From NCBI GenBank assembly GCA_028534125.1, contig CM052816.1, positions 53,880,001-53,944,000 of the forward strand: a stretch of DNA of 64,000 bases, read 5' to 3'. Source of the DNA: Lama glama (taxonomy: Eukaryota). A program made the translations under genes and the position numbers. Positions within the stretch are counted from its first letter, which is position 1. Every line of letters begins with the position of its first letter. Positions 48,961 through 61,466 of the stretch are shown here, one piece after another. Below the pieces are notes generated by a model. The model did not search any database, was not told where the DNA came from, and saw only the letters and a list, made by a program, of their open reading frames with translations.

Positions 48961-51524
48961 TCCACTGCTCTTGTTATTATTTTCAATGTTTAAGAAGAGT
49001 TTGAAGTGCTTAGTGTGGCTTCAGTTTTGCTCTTCTGGAAGAATGAACAAAGGCCATTGTTGACAGTCTTCAGTTTCTCCTGGAAAAGGTCGAGAGGAAG
49101 AAGGACATCCTCCCCTCCCAGGTGGACTGGTTTGGGTTGGGAGGTATCCAGTGTTAAATAAGTCTCCCTTGAACTGACCTCCACCTCTCCTGGCAAGACA
49201 GAGGCAACCTTAAAGCTTTATTTTTACCAGAGGCCCATGTATAGGGCTACCACGTGGCTCTGCCCACCTCGCCCTGGCCACTCCCAGCTCTGGACCAAGG
49301 TCATCTTGGAGCTGCTCATGTAGCTTATCCTCACCCTTGCCTTTGCCAGGCACCGTACATCTTCAACAGAGCTGCCAGGGCAACCATTATGCTTATCAGG
49401 GATAATTTTGTGTTTATGGACATGTCAGGATTCTTAACTAACATTGTCTCTTGAATCCTCACAGCACCTCTGTTAATGGGTTAAGTGGCAAATATTATTT
49501 AAATCTTAGATACACAGATACAAAGCCAAAGCTTTGTCTTGGGCTGCATGGCAAGTGGTGGAACTGGGGAAAGGAATCTTGCTGACTGGCTTCCAGTTCT
49601 AGATCTCACTTAGACAGCAAATTCCCCTCCTCCAGCTGACAGAAGTTTCTTTAGGTTATTCTTCCCAAAGCACCTGCATCCATGCAATTTTGTAGATTCT
49701 TAAGTTACTAGCTTACTGACTTGTATAGTATTTATCTATGAACAATTATTTCTATAGACTCATATGTTTCTGAGAATGTTTTAGATGATTAAAATTAATC
49801 TTAAAGCAAATCATGCAATTTAGGAATTAACTTTTCATGTTTCTCAGAAAGAAACCAATATTTCCTTGGCCCCATCCTTTTATTTTAAAAATTCTAGACA
49901 GAGTAATATTTGAGTGATATTTTAAAATTGTTGTCCTTTGGGGTCAGTTAATTACTGGAGCTGAAATACTTGGCTGCTACAAAGCTTACAAATGAGGCAT
50001 ATTTCCCCTCCGCCATCATAGTTTTTCTTTTTGTGCCGACATCTCTTTCCTTTTAAAATCTTAATATGATTGCTTATAGAAAAGATGCATAAGCCTGGCA
50101 GGAAATCCTTTGTACAGAAATAAAACTTGGTATTAGGCAACTTACTGGTTTCTGAGGAAAATCTTTGTTCTTTGAGGAAATAGTTTTAAAAGACCTGTTT
50201 TTCATTTTCATTACAATATTACACAGTAATGTTGGTGACAGTAATAATAATGGCAGAGGTAAGTTGACATTCCTGTTCCGGAATCTTTAGGTAAATAAAC
50301 TTAAGCAGTCCTCACAAGCAGCCTGTGGGTGGGTACTTGATAGCTGAGGACATGAACCTAGAGGGATCAGTCTCTCAGAAGCGGTCACGCAGTGATGGCT
50401 GGAGCAGAGGTGCAAACTCTTGCAGTTTGTCTGAAGAGCCTGCCTTTCAAGTACGTCATTACTCTACAAAACGCTCGTACATAAAGGGAAGTTCTAGCCT
50501 CTGTATGTTTAACTTTAAAACTCTGCAGGTTAGTTCAACTTATCTCTTCTACACGCAGTGTTACTCTATAAATCACTGAAGGGAATGACTGGCTGTTCAT
50601 AGTCACTGTCACATAAATGATTATAAGTAGAATTATAATGTAAAAATGGCATCCTCAAGATACAGATAGTTCTCTATCCTCATTTTTAGCTCAAAGAGCT
50701 TATGTTTAAAAATTCTAGCTACTGTATCAGTAAATATGGTCAGAGACCTAGGGATACTGACAAGAAATGGGGAATTTCAACTGTGTGAATGAACAAGTTT
50801 AAAAGCAAATTATTTTGCCCATTTTTAAGCATTCAGTTAAATAAAGCACACAATTTGGTTTATAATAGTTTTTTAAACTCTCATCAAAAGCTTGTGAACC
50901 CATCAGAACAGTTCACTGAGATTTTAAAATGTGTATACTGGTGAACAGTAATACACAGTAACACATTATTGTAGTGGCAACATTTGTTTAAAAAAACCCC
51001 AACCTAAAGCAAAATAGAACTTTTTACCCGCAATTTTTACTGTTAGTATAGCTCGTATTTTTCAAAATTCAGAAATTTAACTAATTTTTTTGAGGGTCTA
51101 CCAGGGTGTACCAGGCATCATATTAGGCTCTAAGAATTCAATGCAAAAAAGATAGTTATGGTCTCCTTTGTGGAATTTTTCTAGATGTGGAGGACCCTGT
51201 TCTTGATCATTGGGAAAATGTCATGAGAAAAATTGAAGAGCATAAATAATGAATTGTTCCCAACTGAAATAAGAGTTTTCTTTGGTATCATAATCCATCT
51301 AACATTCTGTAGAAAAATAGTCTTTAAGTTTTTTGATGTCTCTTTTTCTGGATGACAGCTTCTTCATTTCCTGTCTGCAAACTCCTAGTTCCTGCTCATT
51401 TCCCATAGTTTCCTGCTAAGGATTCATCTGGGGATGGTTGGTCCATCTGTTACTCTAGATCTGTTTTCTTCTATCTGTCTCTTGGCTGAAACTCATCAAA
51501 CCCAACATTTAAGTTCTATTTCTT

Positions 51525-52205
51525 TTCTTTTTTTTTATTGAGGTGAAACTGAAATAACATTAAGTTAGCTGCTATTTTAAAGTGAGCAATTCAGTGGGAT
51601 TTAGTACATTAGTTTACAGTATTATATAATCACCACCTCTATCTAGTTTCAAGGCATTTTCCTTTCCCCCAAAGAGAACCAATATCCATTAAGTAGTTAC
51701 TCTCCTTTCCCCATCTTCCCAGCCCCTGGAAACCACCTATCTGCTTTCTGTCTCCATGAATTGACCTATTCAAGATATTTCATATCAGTGGAATCATTGC
51801 AATATGTGACCTTTTGTATCTGGCTTCTTTTACGTAGTAAAATGTCTTCTAAGTTTATCCACAATGCAGCACACATCAGTATTTCATTCTTTTTAAAAAT
51901 AAATATTTCTTTTTTTGTTTTGTTTTTGGAGGGGGGGTAGGTAATTAGGCTTGTTTGTTTGTTTGTTTAAATGGAGGTACTGGGTATTGAACCCAAGACC
52001 TTCTGCATGCTAAACATGCACTCTACCACTAAGCAATACCCTCCTCTCATTCTTTTTTATGGTCAAATAATATTCCATTGTATTTTGTACCACAATTTGT
52101 TTATCCATTCATCCACTGATAGACACTTAGGTTATTTCTACCTTTTGGCTATTATGAATACTGCTGTTATGACCATTTATGTATAAGTATTTGTTTGAGT
52201 TTCCA
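51525..52205 (-). mobile_element. L1MB-like 3' end, interrupted by a camelid SINE
   Basis: Poly-T then TTTATTGAGGTGAAA..ATTTTAAAGTGAGCAATTCAGTGG..CAGCCCCTGGAAACCAC..TTTATCCATTCATCCACTGATAGACA. Confidence 0.85.
51895..52046 (-). mobile_element. tRNA-Ala-derived camelid SINE (vic-1 type), long-tail form
   Basis: tRNA-like head, (AAAC)n, CCTAATTACCTACCCCCCC and an A-rich tail on the minus strand. TSD TCATTCTTTTT at 51884-51894 and 52047-52057. Confidence 0.9.
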
Positions 52206-52224
52206 ATTCTTTGGGGTTATGTTG

Positions 52225-52950
52225 TTTTTTAAATAAACTTTTTATTTGGATAAATTTAGAGTTAAAGAAAAGCTGCAAAGATGATACAGAGAGTTCCCAC
52301 TGTCCAGTTTCCTCTAATAATAACATCTTACAGACTCATGGTACATTTGCCAAACCTGTGAGACCAACAGTGGTACAATATTATTTACAAACTCCAGACT
52401 TTACTTTGGATTTCACTAGCTTTTCCAATAATGTCATTCTTTTAATTCCAGCATCCCTTCCAGGATTCCACATTGTGTTCAGTCAGTCTTTTTTGGTTTG
52501 TATTAGTTGCTCAGTCTTTTCTTTTTCTCATGACCCTGAGAGCTTTGAGTACTGGCTAGGTATTTTGTAGAATGTCTCTCAATTTATGTTTATCTGATGT
52601 TTTTCTCATGATTAAACTGGAATTTTGAGGAAGAATGCTGAAGAGGGGAAGTGTCCTTTCCATCCCATCACATCAGGAGGTCCATGGTATCATCATGACT
52701 TTTATCACTGGAGACGTTAACCTCAATCACCTGCCCAGGGTTGTGTTGGTTAGGTTTCTCCATTGGGAAGTCCTCCCACAACCCGTCTCATACTCTACTC
52801 AACAAGTCACTGAGTCCAGCCCACACTCCTAGAGGGAGGAGTATCTACGTAAATTGTTTGGAATTCTTCTGAAAGGAAGTTTGTCTCTTCCATTTATTTT
52901 TTTATTCAATCATGTTGAATGGACTTGTAGATACTGAGTTCATATCCTTT
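52225..52950 (-). mobile_element. L1MC/L1MD-like 3' end
   Basis: TTTTTATTTGGATAAATTTAGAGTTAAAGAAAAGCTGCAAAGATGATACAGAGAGTTCCC..TAACATCTTACA..TATTTTGTAGAATGTCTCTCAATTT. Confidence 0.75.
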
Positions 52951-54119
52951 TGAGGTCTATTCACCAATACCTGTAAGAAAAGTTATAAATGCAGAGCGAG
53001 GGTGTTGAGAATACTTTGAAGGCAAGAAGACCTTGGGCTTAATATGGATTGTAGCAGACACAGGACAAGATGTACAATTCTCACAGCATGGGAGATTTGA
53101 AGATGACATTAACTGAGTAAAAATAGAACACGTTTTGATGTTAGCTTTTTATAGAAGGCTATAGCTAAATTTTTAGAATGCTTGTTAAGGTCCAGGTTTT
53201 CTGATTCCTTGTTCTGTGCTCTTGTATTGTTCTTTGCCATCAAATCTTTGCATGCGGTCATATTTGTAGTTATTAATATACTTGCAGATAACTAAAGTGG
53301 TTCCATACAAAATATCCCCACTCAGCTTACATTAACATTCAAAAAAAAAAAAAAAAGACTTGCTACAGATGTCTATTACCCAGGATTTAGAACCATGGGG
53401 TTTAGATATGGAGATGGATATTTTAGAGACCAGATGGGAACACTCCTGCTATTGAAGAGGAAATGGAGCCCTGTGGCCTTGGAGGCTCTCCCTGGATTAC
53501 ATAGTTAATCAGTGATAAAGCTACAAGTTAGAGATGGTGAGACAGAGCCATGAGAGAAAGTGCAATCTTGTCTTGGGTAATACCATAATCTAATAATGGA
53601 ACTGATGGAAATAACCTTATATCAAAAGTCTGCCTTATATCAAAACTATTTAGAGCATTTGTTTGATTAGTATTTAGGTCTCTGATGTCTTCTTCTGTGG
53701 TACTTTCCATGAAGGAATATCTTGCTGTTACTGTTTTCAAAAATTAAGATGCCTAGTATAACAATAAAGTTATTCACATCCAAGAAATTGGTAACCATAT
53801 AAGAGGACAATTCATTTTTGGAGTTCTATTTTCACTTACTAGAGAACATAGGCAGATAGTGCCTGTACAAAGATATGTATTTAGTTTATAGACTCAATCT
53901 CATCATTTAACAGCCCCACTTTGCCTTTTAACACATTACAGGTATAACAAAGCATTGGTTTTTATTGGACATATTTTGAGGTTAATATAGCTTTCAGTTT
54001 TGAGAATATATCTTTTAATGTTGGAACACGGTTGATAAAACGTAGTGAGACCAATTATTATTTAGTTATTATGAAATGTTGCATGTAGATAGCACTTAGG
54101 GTATTTTTATTTTCATTAA

Positions 54120-56360
54120 TATTACAGGCTAGATGGATTGAAAGCCTCCCTGCCACAAACATCTAGAAATTTTGGATTGTATATATTTTGAAAATCCTTT
54201 TGAATGAATAGATGATATCACAAGAAAGAAAGGGAAATATCCCAGGACCAAAAACAAAATAAGACAACAGAGCAGTCAGTTTATGAGCTGACACTAGAGC
54301 TGCCCTAGGACAAATTGTCCATTTGGCACTCTAGTCTCTTGGGTGTTAACACCACAGAGACAGAAGGAAAAGCCTTGTGTATGAGGCAGGAGTTAGAACT
54401 GAAATCTCTACACAAATCTAGGACCTTCAGAAAAATTATGCATTGGGGGAAAAAAATCTTTCCATCAACACAAGAAAGCTTTTCTAAGACAGCCTGGTCC
54501 CCAGATAAGAAAACAAAAAAATCTCCCCTAAAGATGGATCTGCTCCACATGAAGGTTTGGGGCTTAATTTACATGAATTGCATTCCTAGCTAACCCAAAT
54601 TTCAGAAATTAACATAAAAGTAGTCTTGAGTTGATGATATTTCCGAGTTTTAACTGGCAGAAGTCAAAGGAAAAATGTCTTTGGAAGGATTATCTCTTCA
54701 CCCAGGCAAAAATTCTCAGATAAAGCCTACTGAAAATGACCTCACAATGCAAAATTACAAAACACGTGTGTGAAAATCAACAAACAGAACAATGGCAGAG
54801 TTAGACATTCAAGAATTCAGATAATCAAAAGACCTATTAAAAACTGTAAAATAAGTTTGGTTAAAAATATTGAAGACATGGAGGAAGGACTAAAAATAAA
54901 AAAAGATTAAGACATAAAAATGGAAAAGAAAATTTGAAAAAGAGACAAAGAGAATTTTTCACTGTGGAAAATGTAACTTTTGAAATTGTATACTCAATGG
55001 ACAAGCTATACAACAGAGTAGACATAGCTGAAAAGACAGTAAATGAAAAAATTATCTAGAATGCAGCGTAAAGAGAAAAAAATGGGTAATATAAAAAGAG
55101 ATTTAGAGACATGGAGTATAGAATAAGAAAGTCAAAAATATGTCTAATAAGATTCTCCTAAAGTAACACTGTAGCAATTGGGAAAGGGACAATATTTGAA
55201 GGGATAATGGCAATAATTTTCCAGAATTAATTAAAAGAAATAGATCTTTAGATTCAAGAAGTAAAATACGTACCAAATAAGAGGCATAAAAAAACCCCAC
55301 CTCTAGACACATGGTACTAAAACTGGAAAACACCAAAGTCAAAAAGGAAATCTTTAATGTGTTCAGAGAAAAAAAGATAATCCATGAAGGAACTACATTT
55401 AGACTGTCTCTGACTTCTTTACAACAAAAGCCTTAAGACAATGAGTAATATCTTCAAAGTGCTGAGAGAAAATAACTGCCAGTAAAGAATTGTGTATAGA
55501 GTTAAGCTATCATACAAGAGTGAGGGGGAAATGAAAACATTTTCCAACAAACACAGAGAATTTTCTGCTCATAGCAACTCAGTGAAAGATGAAATTGAAC
55601 CCCGAAGGAAGAACTGAGATGAAGGACAGAAAGAGAAGCAAAGAAATACATGACTAAGTCTAAAAACTGGAAACAACAATAGTTTATTGGTGGTGTGAAA
55701 GCACAACAGACATAAAATATTGGAAATAAGTATACGGAAGGCAGGGGGGAATTATTCAGAGTTAAATTATTCAGAGTTAATTATTCCTTAATTTGCTAAG
55801 GAAGCAAAATAGACATTGATTCACCTTAGATTTTGTTAAGTATACATGTCAATTTTTTAAGAATAACAACTAGGGTTCATTAAGTTTATATTTTGTTAAA
55901 TATTCCTGTTATTTAATTTTTAAAAAGTAACCTCTGAAGAGTAACTACTGAAGCAGGTACAACTTCCAAGCCTAGGGAAGTGTGAGAGTGGGAGCAAGAG
56001 TGAAGGAGGTAATAAAGGAAATTGAGCCAATCCAATATAATCAGGGAAAGGAAAGAAAAAAGAAAGAATGAAAAAGGATAAAAGGAAAGCAAAGCACAGA
56101 ATAATATGGTAGAAATAAGTCCAAATATAGCAGTAATTACAATAAATGTGTGAAATTTGACTAAACTTGCCAGTTCAAAGAGATTATTAGACTGAATTTT
56201 AAAAAATCTACCTATATGTTTCTTATGAGAGACAGATGTGAATGATTATACATGTAAATTATGACAGGTTAAAAGTAAAAGAATAGAAAAAGAAAGTTGG
56301 TAGCTGCATTATTACTGGACAACATAGACTTCAAGGTAAAAAAATATTAAGAAGAATAAA
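54120..56360 (+). mobile_element. Decayed old L1: 5' region, ORF1 and start of the ORF2 endonuclease
   Basis: A-rich strand with ORF1 phrases (ACTCAATGGAC..AACAGAGTAGACATAGCTGAA, AATTTTCCAGAATTAAT, ATATCTTCAAAGTGCTGAGAGAAAATAACTG). ORF2-start-like AGTAATTACAATAAATGTG..CTAAAC..CCAGTTCAAAGA at ~56130-56240. No intact ORF. Confidence 0.75.
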
Positions 56361-56389
56361 TGGACACAGTGCCTGGAGCCAGACATTGG

Positions 56390-56620
56390 AAGAGCTGTCA
56401 CATGACATGGAAGAGGGATTCTACATCTGAAACACACTTACGTTATTTTATGTGGTTCAAAAAGACAAAACCTATAGGTGGAAATTATAAGGCGGCAGGT
56501 GTTGATGCAACACATTGGAAGAAATTTTTTAACAGTTAGCTCTCAAAAATGAAATGTACTTTCCCTGAAGATATTTAGGGTGAGGTGGTGGGGAAGTTGC
56601 GGAGGGGATGTACCAGCTAA
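56390..56620 (+). mobile_element. L3/CR1 3' remnant
   Basis: GGTGGAAATTATAAGGCGGCAG..GGAAGAAATTTTTTAACAGTTAG resembles the CR1/L3 3' end. Confidence 0.5.
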
Positions 56621-56627
56621 GTTAGAC

Positions 56628-56816
56628 AGATGGTTTACGAACCTGACTGTGCATTGCAATCACCTGGAGAGTTAAAAATAAACATTCCAGGGCCTCTTCC
56701 CAGAAGTAATGAGCTGATTCTATATCTTAGGAATTTGTCTTTTTGAAATGTTCCTAGGTGATCTGATGTAGCCAATTTGGAATTGGTCCATGGAATATAA
56801 TTTGGGAACCACTGGT
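56628..56816. mobile_element. MER5-like hAT element
   Basis: GCATTGCAATCACCTGGAGAG..CCTAGGTGATCTGATGTAGCCA..TTTGGGAACCACTGG. Confidence 0.65.
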
Positions 56817-57769
56817 CAGATGACCCTTAAAGTCCCTACTGACTGTGACATTTGATATTTAATAATGCCTTTGTAGACATTTGCCTGTGGACTGGGGATA
56901 TTACTAGAAAAGTAGGGAGATGGAATTATTGTTTCCAGCATAGGGAAGAATGATGGAGGCAAGTCGTATCTGTGAGTTAGGTATAACTTGGTGAACAGCC
57001 CATGTGCTTTCTCTACTGTTCATGAGCTTTCCAGTAAATGTTGATGAAGATGATGAAAATGAATATATTTTCTACTCAGAATAAATGTCCCAGTGGGCCC
57101 AACACAGCTTATATTTTTCACACCTCCAACATCCTCAAAATTCATGTTAGTAGGACTCTGTTATACATCTATAGCCCCAGAGCAGTGTGTCCAGACTTTT
57201 CATATCACACACATCACCTGAGAATTATGGTAAAATTCAGATTCTGATTCAATTAGACTGAGTTCGGCCCAAGATAATACGTTTCTGACAAGGTTCTCTG
57301 TCTTCTCAGCTTACTACAGGGCATTCAGGAACTTCCTTTCTTTAGACAAGATGAAGAGAGAAGCTCTTCTGGTTTTCCTAAGACTCCATGCCTTAGGCAG
57401 ATTATCATCGTTTGTCTTAGTATCTCTATGAGTTAATATGGAGAAGAGGAGGCTGAAAATGGCCCTGTGTGGACTGGATTAGGCAACAGGGCATGGGAGT
57501 CAAGACAAAAGGTCAAAGTGGAGAATCATGAGAGCTTAAACTTCTATTTCCACACCCAGGACAGGATAGCAGGAATGGCATAAATAAGACCTACCTGGCC
57601 CATCAGAAGAAGAATTCTAGTCTCAGGGTGGATTCTTTTTTTTAATTTTTGTTTTGATTTGCTCGTTTTTGTTTTTTAAGTTTTTATCTTTTCAGAAGTC
57701 ACTTAATCTCTCTGAGACTTTTGGGATCCACTAACTAGGACTTTCATGTGCTTTATAATATATATATAT

Positions 57770-58280
57770 ATTTGTTTACTTAGGTAAAATTTATATAACA
57801 TAAAAATAACCATTTTAAACTGAGCAACTCAGTGGTGTTTATTATGTTCACAGTGTTATGCAACCACCACCTGTATCTAGTTCTAAGACATTTTTGTCAC
57901 CCCAAAAGAAAACCCATACCCATTAAACAGTCACTGCCTATTCCCATCTCCCTTCAGCCCCTCACAATCACAAATCTATTTTCTGTCTCTATGGATGGAC
58001 TTGTTCGGGGCATTTTCATATAAAGGGAATCATTGCAATGTGTGACCTTTCATGTCTGGCTTCATTTACTTAGCATGTTTCCTATGTTCCTCCATGCTGT
58101 AGCTTGTATCAGCACTTCATTCCCTTTTAAAGCTGAAAAATACTCCATTGTATGCATCTATCACCTCTGGTTCATCCATTCATCCATTGATGGACATTAG
58201 GATCGTTTCCACCTTTTGGCTGTTGTGAGTACGGGTATTATGAACATTTGTGTGTAAGTGTCTGAATGCCTGTTTTCATA
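57770..58280 (-). mobile_element. L1MB-like 3' end
   Basis: GGTAAAATTTATATAACATAAAA..CATTTTAAACTGAGCAACTCAGTGG..CACCCCAAAAGAAAACCCATACCCATTAAACAGTCACT..CATCCATTGATGGACAT. Confidence 0.85.
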
Positions 58281-58559
58281 ATTGATTGTTTTTAAGTGTA
58301 CTATCTCATTCAGTTTTCAAATTGGCTTGAAAAGAGATAAGTATTTTACTGACAAGAAACAAGCTCAAAGGGAATTGCTTAAGATTCACAAGCTGTAAGG
58401 GGTCCAGAAACTCACAACTTCTGACAAGAAGTCCATGTTCTTTCAAGTTATACCATCGCAGGCTCAGCTGTCTTGAGTGTTGAAAAGGAGGATGTGTGTA
58501 AAAATGATTAGTGAGCTGTAAAGCACTATGTGTGTCGATTGGCATTGGTAGTTGGTATT

Positions 58560-58840
58560 CAATATGCCAGTTGATGCCACAGGAATAGTTTCCTGCTCGT
58601 GAGGTCAGTGCACGCTGTCTCTAATATGGCCAGAAGAGAGATTTTAGAATTGCAAAAGGTGTAACAGAGTGGTTGGACACCAGCAAAGGAGTTTGACAAG
58701 GCTGTCACATCTGTTCAATATTTCTACTGAAATAATCATGGGTATTGCTGTTGATGGTTGCCATAGTGGTATTAAGGTTGGCAGAAGGAGATGATGTAAT
58801 CTGGAGTATGCTGATGACATCCTGGCTGCTGAGTCTGTGG
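58560..58840 (+). mobile_element. Decayed RTE-clade LINE reverse-transcriptase fragment (MamRTE-like)
   Basis: Manual translation: GVTEWLDTSKGV*QGC (58658-58705), then after a small deletion LFNISTEIIMGIAVDGCHSGIKVGRRR*CNLEYADDILAAES (58711-58836; YADD at 58807-58818). Confidence 0.8.
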
Positions 58841-60421
58841 TTTCTGCACTCGGAAAACTAGGACCTTAGATGAGGGCTGGTTTAGATGCTGATGATGGCA
58901 GCTGAGAGGCAGAATATTTTAGCAGCCATGCACTGGGAGTGAAGAGGAAAAGCAAGTGAAGGGTTAGGCTGCCACCCATTTATGACAGGCAGTGGGAGCC
59001 ACAGGCCTCTGACCTACAAAAGAGAGAGCCAGTGACCTCATCGGCATTCATGAGGATGAGGTCCAGAGCGCAATGTGTCTGCTGGGGAGGCGGCCGGCTC
59101 CTGTCCTCTCACCTCTGGTCCTTTCTTAGTTCTAATCTAGTTCTGGTATCTGCTGAGTATGAAACAGCTGTGAGCTGAGCCTCAATTTACAGACTTTTAC
59201 CAAAAGAGGAGATGAAGATCAACACAGAAACGCAGCTACTATCAAGCTGAGTTCAACCCAGAGCGATGACAACAATATCTTCAGGAAGGAGAAGAATGAC
59301 AAGAGGCTCAAAGAGAGCATCATCTGTTTCCAGAATCCTGGAACGTTTCCTTCTGAAATAACTCATCCTGTGTGTCTTGATTTCCTGACAAGTAAATCTT
59401 GAGGAACAGAACCAGCATTTATCAGGACAAATACTAGTACGTAGGTCTCTGGAAGGATTTGTGACAGGGTTTGTACAAACTGTGTTTTTGAAGAATTTAT
59501 TGCTAGGTGAGAGTTCTTAGAATCTTCGAAAATCAAAATCTATCTTTAGATCACATAGGTTTTTATGATTATGAAAAGAATACTATTCATTGTGGAAAAC
59601 TTACTGAAATATGGGAAAGAGGGAAAAAGTCATATAAATTTTTACAACTCAGAAATAATCAGTCAACATTTTGTCATTTCTTCTTCTGCAGTTTTATCTA
59701 TATTTATGTCTTATGTAACTGAGACCCTATTTTATGTTCATCTGATTTCCTGCTTTTAAAAAATTACTTATTTGTACATATATTTCTGTCTGCTTCTCTA
59801 GATCCAAGGATAAACATTCTAGTGGTTGAGTTTCCTATCAAAGGGTTATAATATTCGCAGTTAGAGCAGAGGAAAGTCAAGGCCTACAATTATCGATCCT
59901 TCTTAGGCAGGAAATGACACAGATTTGAGCAAACCGCTCTCTCTGCCATAGTTCAAAGCCGCTCATTTTCTCTGAATACTTAAGGTATTCACAGGTAGTA
60001 AGCCTGTAGCAAAGTTCAGATTTCTCTGGAAACTTTAATCCGAAAAGCCGTTTCTGCTTTGCAAATTTACATAAAGGTAACCGTGGGAGGAGGACAACGT
60101 GGTGTCCTTACAGTGTGGTAGAAATCCAAGGTCCAGGTTGGGGGTAGGGGTGGGGCTGGGGGTGGGAAGTGGGACAAAAACCAAACTAGTCTTAGGCTAC
60201 AGGAGATCTAGAGGTTACTCTGGAATGTCCTTTCCTTTTCCTCTGCTTGTCCAGCCCCTACTCTCACTTACAAGTCCACTGAGTCCTACCCTCTCCTGTA
60301 AAGCCTTTTCTAGCTGTCTCTCTTTTTCTCACCGCAGATTTTACTTCCAGTTTAGACCTCACAGGCTGCCTCTTTGCTCATAGACTGGCTCAAGGTGCTT
60401 CAAAACAAAGCGTTTCCTACG

Positions 60422-60975
60422 TGCAGTTAGTAAGCAGTTTAGAGATGGCCATAAATTCTCCTCCCATTGAGAGCTGGGGTCCACGTCCCCTCCCCTTGCA
60501 TTTGGGTGGGCTCTGTGACTCCATGACCAGTGTGATGCTGGGCCAGTTTCTGACCCCAGGCTGTAAGAAACCGGCGGTCTCCACTTCCTGTCTCTTGAAA
60601 TGCCCTCCCCACCACCCCTGCCCCCAGTCCCTCTGAGAGAAGCCGGTCACCTAACTCCCCTGATACCACCTCCCATGGAAATAGAGTAATGCTGCCCGGC
60701 CCCCAGCTTCCACTCACTTTTTAGCCCAAATGCCACTCATGCGAACAAAGGCACCACATTAGATGTTCCAGCCCCAGTATATGCCACATGGAGATGAACC
60801 AGGGCCCCAGTCATGTGGCTCTAGTTGAGCTATCCCACTCACCCCCACCAGCTGAGGTTCCAGTCACCGTGGAACCGAACAAATCGCCGAGGTGAGTCCT
60901 GCCCCAACTCCTGACCATAAAGTCATGAGCTAGAACAATATCAATTGTTTTTGCATGCCACAGGATTTTGTGGAC
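60422..60975 (+). mobile_element. MaLR LTR (MLT1G/H-like)
   Basis: GATGGCCATAAATTCTCCTCCCATTGAGAG..CCCTCCCCTTG..TGGGTGGGC..CCAGCTGAGGTTCCAG..CTGCCCCAACTCCTGACC..CATGAGC. Confidence 0.7.
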
Positions 60976-60981
60976 CTTTTA

Positions 60982-61142
60982 TCAGTGTTTCTCAAACTTT
61001 GCCGTGCAGTCAAATCACCCAAAGATCTTGTTAAAATGCTGGTTGACTCATTAGGTCTAGGGTGGAGCCTGATATTCTGTATTTCTAACAAGCTCCCAGG
61101 TAATGCTGCTGCTTCTGCTCCACGGGTCATACTTTGAGTAGA
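60982..61142. mobile_element. MER5A-like hAT element
   Basis: CAGTGTTTCTCAAACTTT..GATCTTGTTAAAATGC..GGTCTAGGGTGGAGCCTGA..TTTCTAACAAGCTCCCAGGTAATGCTGCTGCT..ACTTTGAGTAG. Confidence 0.85.
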
Positions 61143-61302
61143 AAAATGTACTTAGGAGCAAAGGTTACCTTCAGGGCATGATGGAGGTGCATTTGTACAA
61201 CTTCCAAAGGGCTTTCACTTCTGGATCAATTAGTTGAATAGCTTAATAAATTGAGAAGCATCTGCCAGTGAACTGATAGAAGTATCTGATAGTCGACTCA
61301 CA

Positions 61303-61466
61303 GCAGAGTTTCTCCAAGTGTGGTCTCTGGATCCACTTGCATTCATATTGCCTGGATTTGTATCGCATCTCAGTCCTGTGGAGTCAGAATACGAGGGGCA
61401 GGAATTACTGTATCAAACTAGATCTCCAGGTAATTCTTAAGTACTTATGAATTTGAGAACTACTGG
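61303..61466. mobile_element. MER5-like hAT element
   Basis: CAGAGTTTCTCCAAGTGTGGTC..CTCCAGGTAATTCTTA..TTTGAGAACTACTG. Confidence 0.7.

Noticed and set aside
55750..55779. Perfect 15-bp tandem duplication (AATTATTCAGAGTTA x2); similar small duplications at 12391-12422 and 45181-45205
   Set aside because: Ordinary slippage duplications with no sign of function.
54120..56360. Possible host gene or active L1
   Set aside because: Many stops and frameshifts, no long ORF; a decayed L1.
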